The notes beneath the pieces were generated by a model. It searched no databases and was not told the origin of the DNA. It worked only from the letters and a program-made list of their open reading frames with translations. The position numbers and the translations under genes are program-made. Below, in pieces: positions 59,916 through 64,000 of a stretch of 64,000 bases of DNA; position 1 is the first letter of the stretch; the number at the start of each line of letters is the position of its first letter. This DNA is from Candidatus Woesearchaeota archaeon (GTDB lineage Archaea; Nanobdellota; Nanobdellia; Pacearchaeales; GW2011-AR1): contig CAYPLY010000003.1 in NCBI GenBank assembly GCA_964412025.1, forward strand, positions 47,659 to 111,658. The letters run 5' to 3'.

Positions 59916-60138
59916 TAAATAATCTAGGAATTTATTATTTAAAAGATTTTATTTAATCCCATAAATAAGCACATTTTAGATTATTTATTTAAAAGAAATA
60001 AGAACAATATTTTATTAATTTTTTAGTATTTTTTAATTTTATCGACGAGAAAATGGCAGAAAGGTTTATAAACGGACCATTCTTTTTTAAGAAAGAATAA
60101 ACATAATAATAGAAAAAAAGGGTAAGATTTTTTAAAAA

Positions 60139-62028
60139 ATGACAGACAAAAAAGATTACAACGCAAATGATATCAAGGTTTTGGAAGGCCTGGAAGGAGT
60201 TAGGAAGAGACCCGCCATGTACATTGGTTCAACCGGAAAAGAAGGATTACATCATCTCGTTTATGAAGTAGTAGATAATTCAGTTGATGAAGCTCTAGCA
60301 GGTTTTTGTACAAAAATAAAAGTAACCTTGAATAAAGACGGTTCTGTTACAGTGGAAGATGATGGTAGGGGAATACCTGTTGACCCACATCCAACCTATA
60401 AAGTTCCTGCAGCACAAATAGCACTCACAAAATTGCATGCGGGAGGAAAATTTGATAAAAAATCATATGCAATATCGGGAGGGTTACATGGGGTAGGGGT
60501 TTCCTGTGTAAATGCTTTATCAAAAAAACTAATTCTTGAGATAAAACGGGATGGCAAAGTGTATCAACAGGAATATTCTAGGGGAGATCCTACAACAAAG
60601 ATGAAAGTAATAGGAAACTCAACAGGAACAGGTACAAAAATAACTTTCTACCCTGATGAACAAATATTTTCCACAGTTACATTTGATTTTAAAACATTAG
60701 AAACAAGATTTAGAGAAATAACTTTCCTTAACGCAGGTTTAAAGATAGATTTAAGAGATGAGATAAAAGACACAAACCAAGAGTTTTTCTCAAGTGGGGG
60801 ACTTATGGAATTTGTAAAATGGATAAACAAAACTAAAGAGGTGTTGCATAAACCAATTTATTTTAAAAGAGAGATGAATAATGGTTCAATAGAAATTTCG
60901 ATACAATATAATACAACCTATCAGGAAAACATTTTTGGTTTTGTTAACACTATTAACACCGTGGAAGGAGGAACACATATATCTGGATTTAAAACGGCAT
61001 TAACAAGAGTAATAAATGACTACGCAAAGAAAAAAGACATTCTAAAAAACGATTCTTTTTCAGGGGATGATGTTCGTGAAGGATTAACTGCAATTGTAAG
61101 TATAAAATTATCGGATCCTCAATTTGAAGGACAAACAAAAACAAAATTAGGTAATTCAGAAATCAAAGGATTCGTTGATTCAATTGTAACTTCTGCTCTA
61201 ACAGAATTTTTTGAGGAAAATCCACAGATAGCAAAAAAAATAGCAGATAAATCTATGGAAGCCGCAAAGGCACGTTTGGCAGCAAAAAAAGCTAAGGATT
61301 TGGTAAGAAGAAAAAATGCCTTCTCTCTTGGAGGATTACCTGGAAAACTTGCAGATTGTTCAAATAAAAAATCAGAAGAAACAGAGTTATACTTAGTTGA
61401 AGGAGAGAGTGCAGGGGGTTCAGCAAAAATGGCAAGAAATAAAGAGATCCAAGCAATACTTCCATTAAGAGGTAAAATATTAAATGTTGAAAAAGCAAAC
61501 CCATCAAAAGTTCTATCGAGTGAAGAGATAACAAATATGATTACAGTAATCGGAACTGGGATAGGAGAACAATTTGATGCAACAAAGATAAGATATAATA
61601 AAATAATACTAATGACAGATGCAGATGTTGATGGAGAACATATAAACACTCTTCTTTTAACATTCTTTTTTAGATTCATGCCCCAGCTCATTGAGAACGG
61701 GTATATCTATGCTGCAATGCCTCCCTTATACAGAATAAGAAAAGGACAAAAAGATGTATACGTTTATACAGATGAAGAACTAAAGAAAGTAACAAGCGAA
61801 TTGGGTGTTAATGAAGGGGGGGTTACAAGATTTAAGGGATTAGGAGAGATGAACTCAACACAATTATGGGAAACTACTATGAATCCCAAAACAAGAAAAG
61901 TAAAGAAAATATATATAGAAGATGCTATTGAAGCAGACAGAGTATTTACAATGTTAATGGGAGATGATGTTCAAGCAAGAAAAGATTTCATTCAAGAAAA
62001 TGCACATGAGGCAAATCTTGATATTTAA
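60139..62028 (+). CDS. gyrB: DNA gyrase subunit B
   Basis: GHKL ATPase motifs (VYEVVDNSVDEALAGF, DDGRGIP, GGLHGVG) and the Toprim region (EGESAGGSA, DADVDGEHI). Confidence 0.95.
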   Translation: MTDKKDYNANDIKVLEGLEGVRKRPAMYIGSTGKEGLHHLVYEVVDNSVDEALAGFCTKIKVTLNKDGSVTVEDDGRGIPVDPHPTYKVPAAQIALTKLHAGGKFDKKSYAISGGLHGVGVSCVNALSKKLILEIKRDGKVYQQEYSRGDPTTKMKVIGNSTGTGTKITFYPDEQIFSTVTFDFKTLETRFREITFLNAGLKIDLRDEIKDTNQEFFSSGGLMEFVKWINKTKEVLHKPIYFKREMNNGSIEISIQYNTTYQENIFGFVNTINTVEGGTHISGFKTALTRVINDYAKKKDILKNDSFSGDDVREGLTAIVSIKLSDPQFEGQTKTKLGNSEIKGFVDSIVTSALTEFFEENPQIAKKIADKSMEAAKARLAAKKAKDLVRRKNAFSLGGLPGKLADCSNKKSEETELYLVEGESAGGSAKMARNKEIQAILPLRGKILNVEKANPSKVLSSEEITNMITVIGTGIGEQFDATKIRYNKIILMTDADVDGEHINTLLLTFFFRFMPQLIENGYIYAAMPPLYRIRKGQKDVYVYTDEELKKVTSELGVNEGGVTRFKGLGEMNSTQLWETTMNPKTRKVKKIYIEDAIEADRVFTMLMGDDVQARKDFIQENAHEANLDI

Positions 62029-62042
62029 GAGGTAAAAACAAA

Positions 62043-62363
62043 ATGGCAAAAAAAGGAAAACTATCAACGCCTGCATGGATACTAGAAGGATATGATTCCC
62101 CGGAAGAGTATGCAAAAGCAAAGGGAAAATCCTCTCCAAACAAAAAAGAAGGAAAAGTATTCAAGATAAAAATATGTCCCAAATGTGGAAGCGAAGAGGT
62201 TGCAATAACTTTAAGCAACTTAGATTCAGAAGAAGAGAGCAATACTGGAAAACAATGGGAATGTAAAAAATGTGGGTGGACGGGTTCAAATATTAAGGAG
62301 AAAGAATTAACAGAGGATGAATTAATGGAATATTTAGATAAAAAAGGAGAGGAGGTTGCTTAG
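62043..62363 (+). CDS. Small zinc-ribbon protein
   Basis: CPKCGSEE...CKKCGW, a four-Cys ribbon. Lies between gyrB and gyrA. Confidence 0.4.
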   Translation: MAKKGKLSTPAWILEGYDSPEEYAKAKGKSSPNKKEGKVFKIKICPKCGSEEVAITLSNLDSEEESNTGKQWECKKCGWTGSNIKEKELTEDELMEYLDKKGEEVA

Positions 62364-62364
62364 G

Positions 62365-62787
62365 ATGAGAATAATAGCAGTAAGCGGCTATTTTGATCCA
62401 TTACATATTGGACATATAGAACTTTTCAAGTTAGCAAAAGCTTTAGGAGACAAATTAATTGTAATTGTAAACAATGATAAACAAACCGAAATGAAAAAAG
62501 GAAAATATTTTATGCCTGTAGAAGAAAGAAAAAAAATTTTAGAAGAATTAAAATGTGTTGACGAGGTTTTTATCAGTGTTGACGAAGATAGAACAGTTCG
62601 AGAATCGCTTAAAACAGTAAAGCCCCACGTATTTGCAAATGGAGGAGACAGAAACAATAGCGAAATACCTGAAGTAGAAGTGTGTAAAATTTTGGGAATA
62701 GAAATTGTTGATGGTCTTGGAGCAAAAATACAATCCTCTTCTGAATTAATAAGAAAATTCAATGAAAATACAGGAGAAGCTGAATAA
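62365..62787 (+). CDS. Cytidylyltransferase-family nucleotidyltransferase (RibL/TagD-like)
   Basis: [15 protein letters not shown] (HxGH motif) in a Rossmann fold of about 140 aa. The start is taken at the Met after a GGAGG-like sequence. Confidence 0.6.
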   Translation: MRIIAVSGYFDPLHIGHIELFKLAKALGDKLIVIVNNDKQTEMKKGKYFMPVEERKKILEELKCVDEVFISVDEDRTVRESLKTVKPHVFANGGDRNNSEIPEVEVCKILGIEIVDGLGAKIQSSSELIRKFNENTGEAE

Positions 62788-62789
62788 AA

Positions 62790-64000
62790 ATGACACCAAA
62801 TATCGATCCAAAAATTGAAGAAGAATTGAAAAAAGGAATTGTTCATACAGAAGTTTCAGCAGAAATGAAAAAATCTTACCTAGATTATGCAATGAGTGTA
62901 ATTGTATCAAGAGCAATTCCTGCAATAGAAGATGGAATGAAACCAGTTCAAAGAAGAATTTTGTATTCAATGTACTTAATGGGATTAAAACCAAATACTC
63001 CTACAAAAAAATCTGCAAGAATAGTTGGGGACGTTATAGGTAAATATCATCCTCATGGAGACACAGCTGTTTATGATGCTATGGTAAGAATGGCTCAGGA
63101 TTTCTCATTAAGATATCCTCTTGTTTATGGACAAGGAAACTTTGGTTCTATTGATGGAGATCCTCCAGCTGCTTACAGGTATACTGAAGCAAAATTAATG
63201 CCAATAACCAACGAACTTATTCAAGACCTTGAAAAGGACACTGTAAATCTTCTACCTAATTTTGATAATTCATTGAAAGAACCAGAATTATTACCCGGAA
63301 AACTTCCAGCATTAATGCTGAATGGAGCATCAGGTATTGCAGTGGGTATGGCAACAAATATCCCCCCTCATAATCTATCTGAAGTGTGCGATGCAATAAT
63401 ATCTTACATCAAAAATCCAGAAATAACTTTTGAACAACTACTAGATGTGATACCAGGACCAGATTTCCCAACCGGAGGAAGCGTACAAGGAGATATGGTT
63501 GAATTATACAAAACAGGAAGAGGTAAGTTAATAATGAGAGGTAAAACAACAACAGAGACAATAAACAAAAAAGAAGCGGTTGTAATAACAGAAATACCTT
63601 ATATGCTTAACAAAACAACTCTTGTAGAACAAATAGCGCAATTAGTCCAAGACAAAAAAATAAAAGACATTTGGGATTTAAGGGATGAATCCTCTAAAGG
63701 TAAAATAAGAATTGTGCTAGAATTAAGAAAAGAAGCAGATCCAAAATTCATAATAAATTCTTTATATAAATATACAAGACTTCAAGATTCATTTAATGTG
63801 AACTTCCTTGCACTTGCAGGAGGGAGACCAAAGGTTATGAATCTTAAAGAGGTTCTTGAATATTATGTAAGACATAGAAAACAAATAATAACAAGTAGAA
63901 CAAAATTCGAATTAAAAAAAGCAAAAGAAAGACAAGAAATTGTTGAAGGATTATTAATAGCATTAAAAGATATTGATGGAGTTATAAATATTATAAGAAA
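62790..64000 (+). CDS. gyrA: DNA gyrase subunit A (N-terminal part, continues beyond the window)
   Basis: [29 protein letters not shown] and the catalytic-Tyr region [10 protein letters not shown]. Confidence 0.9.
   Translation, partial: MTPNIDPKIEEELKKGIVHTEVSAEMKKSYLDYAMSVIVSRAIPAIEDGMKPVQRRILYSMYLMGLKPNTPTKKSARIVGDVIGKYHPHGDTAVYDAMVRMAQDFSLRYPLVYGQGNFGSIDGDPPAAYRYTEAKLMPITNELIQDLEKDTVNLLPNFDNSLKEPELLPGKLPALMLNGASGIAVGMATNIPPHNLSEVCDAIISYIKNPEITFEQLLDVIPGPDFPTGGSVQGDMVELYKTGRGKLIMRGKTTTETINKKEAVVITEIPYMLNKTTLVEQIAQLVQDKKIKDIWDLRDESSKGKIRIVLELRKEADPKFIINSLYKYTRLQDSFNVNFLALAGGRPKVMNLKEVLEYYVRHRKQIITSRTKFELKKAKERQEIVEGLLIALKDIDGVINIIR

Noticed and set aside
61119-61691. 190-aa ORF antisense to gyrB, and similar antisense ORFs (2862..3233, 6712..6996, 7000..7368, 49847..50254, 51750..52314, 62388..62846)
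   Set aside because: They lie entirely inside well-supported genes on the opposite strand. They have low-complexity S/F/L/I-rich translations, typical of antisense reading frames in AT-rich DNA.
1-64000. CRISPR arrays or rRNA genes
   Set aside because: I saw no regularly spaced short direct repeats with unique spacers and no rRNA-like conserved stretches. The only regular repeats are the att copies, the 30-bp pair at 14566/14661 and the tagttagtt tandem.

Overview
This 64 kb window is AT-rich and looks like an archaeal chromosome, probably from a small-genome DPANN-like lineage. Evidence for archaeal origin: a thermosome (group II chaperonin), an archaeal-type glutamyl-tRNA synthetase (GluRS) N-terminus, diphthamide synthesis genes Dph2 and Dph6, ribosomal proteins L10e and L35Ae, and a tRNA-Gly with a canonical-position intron. 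The backbone carries housekeeping genes: gyrB and the start of gyrA, PEP synthase, thioredoxin reductase, HisRS, a low-molecular-weight protein tyrosine phosphatase (LMW-PTP), a U32 peptidase, a THUMP tRNA methyltransferase and ScpA. It also carries many small secreted or membrane proteins of unknown function, including GLUG-repeat, Cys-rich, K/E-rich and type IV pilin-like proteins, and a GT2 glycosyltransferase plus polysaccharide deacetylase operon. The most notable feature is an integrated plasmid-like element of about 11 kb (about 23004-34099). It sits at the 5' end and promoter of tRNA-His(GUG) and is bounded by roughly 108-bp imperfect direct repeats. A third repeat copy 0.5 kb further on encloses a single SUKH/SMI1-like gene. 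The element carries a tyrosine integrase, a primase-polymerase (PrimPol)-like gene plus an AAA_25-like helicase with iteron-like tandem repeats, a ribbon-helix-helix (RHH) protein and a beta-class N6-adenine DNA methyltransferase with a putative restriction endonuclease partner. It also carries a tightly packed five-gene minus-strand operon: HNH nuclease, polytopic membrane protein, small tail-anchored membrane protein, PD-(D/E)xK nuclease-like protein and HEPN protein. I consider this operon the best candidate for an undescribed defence or abortive-infection system. All calls come from reading the sequence and the supplied ORF translations; no database searches were run.
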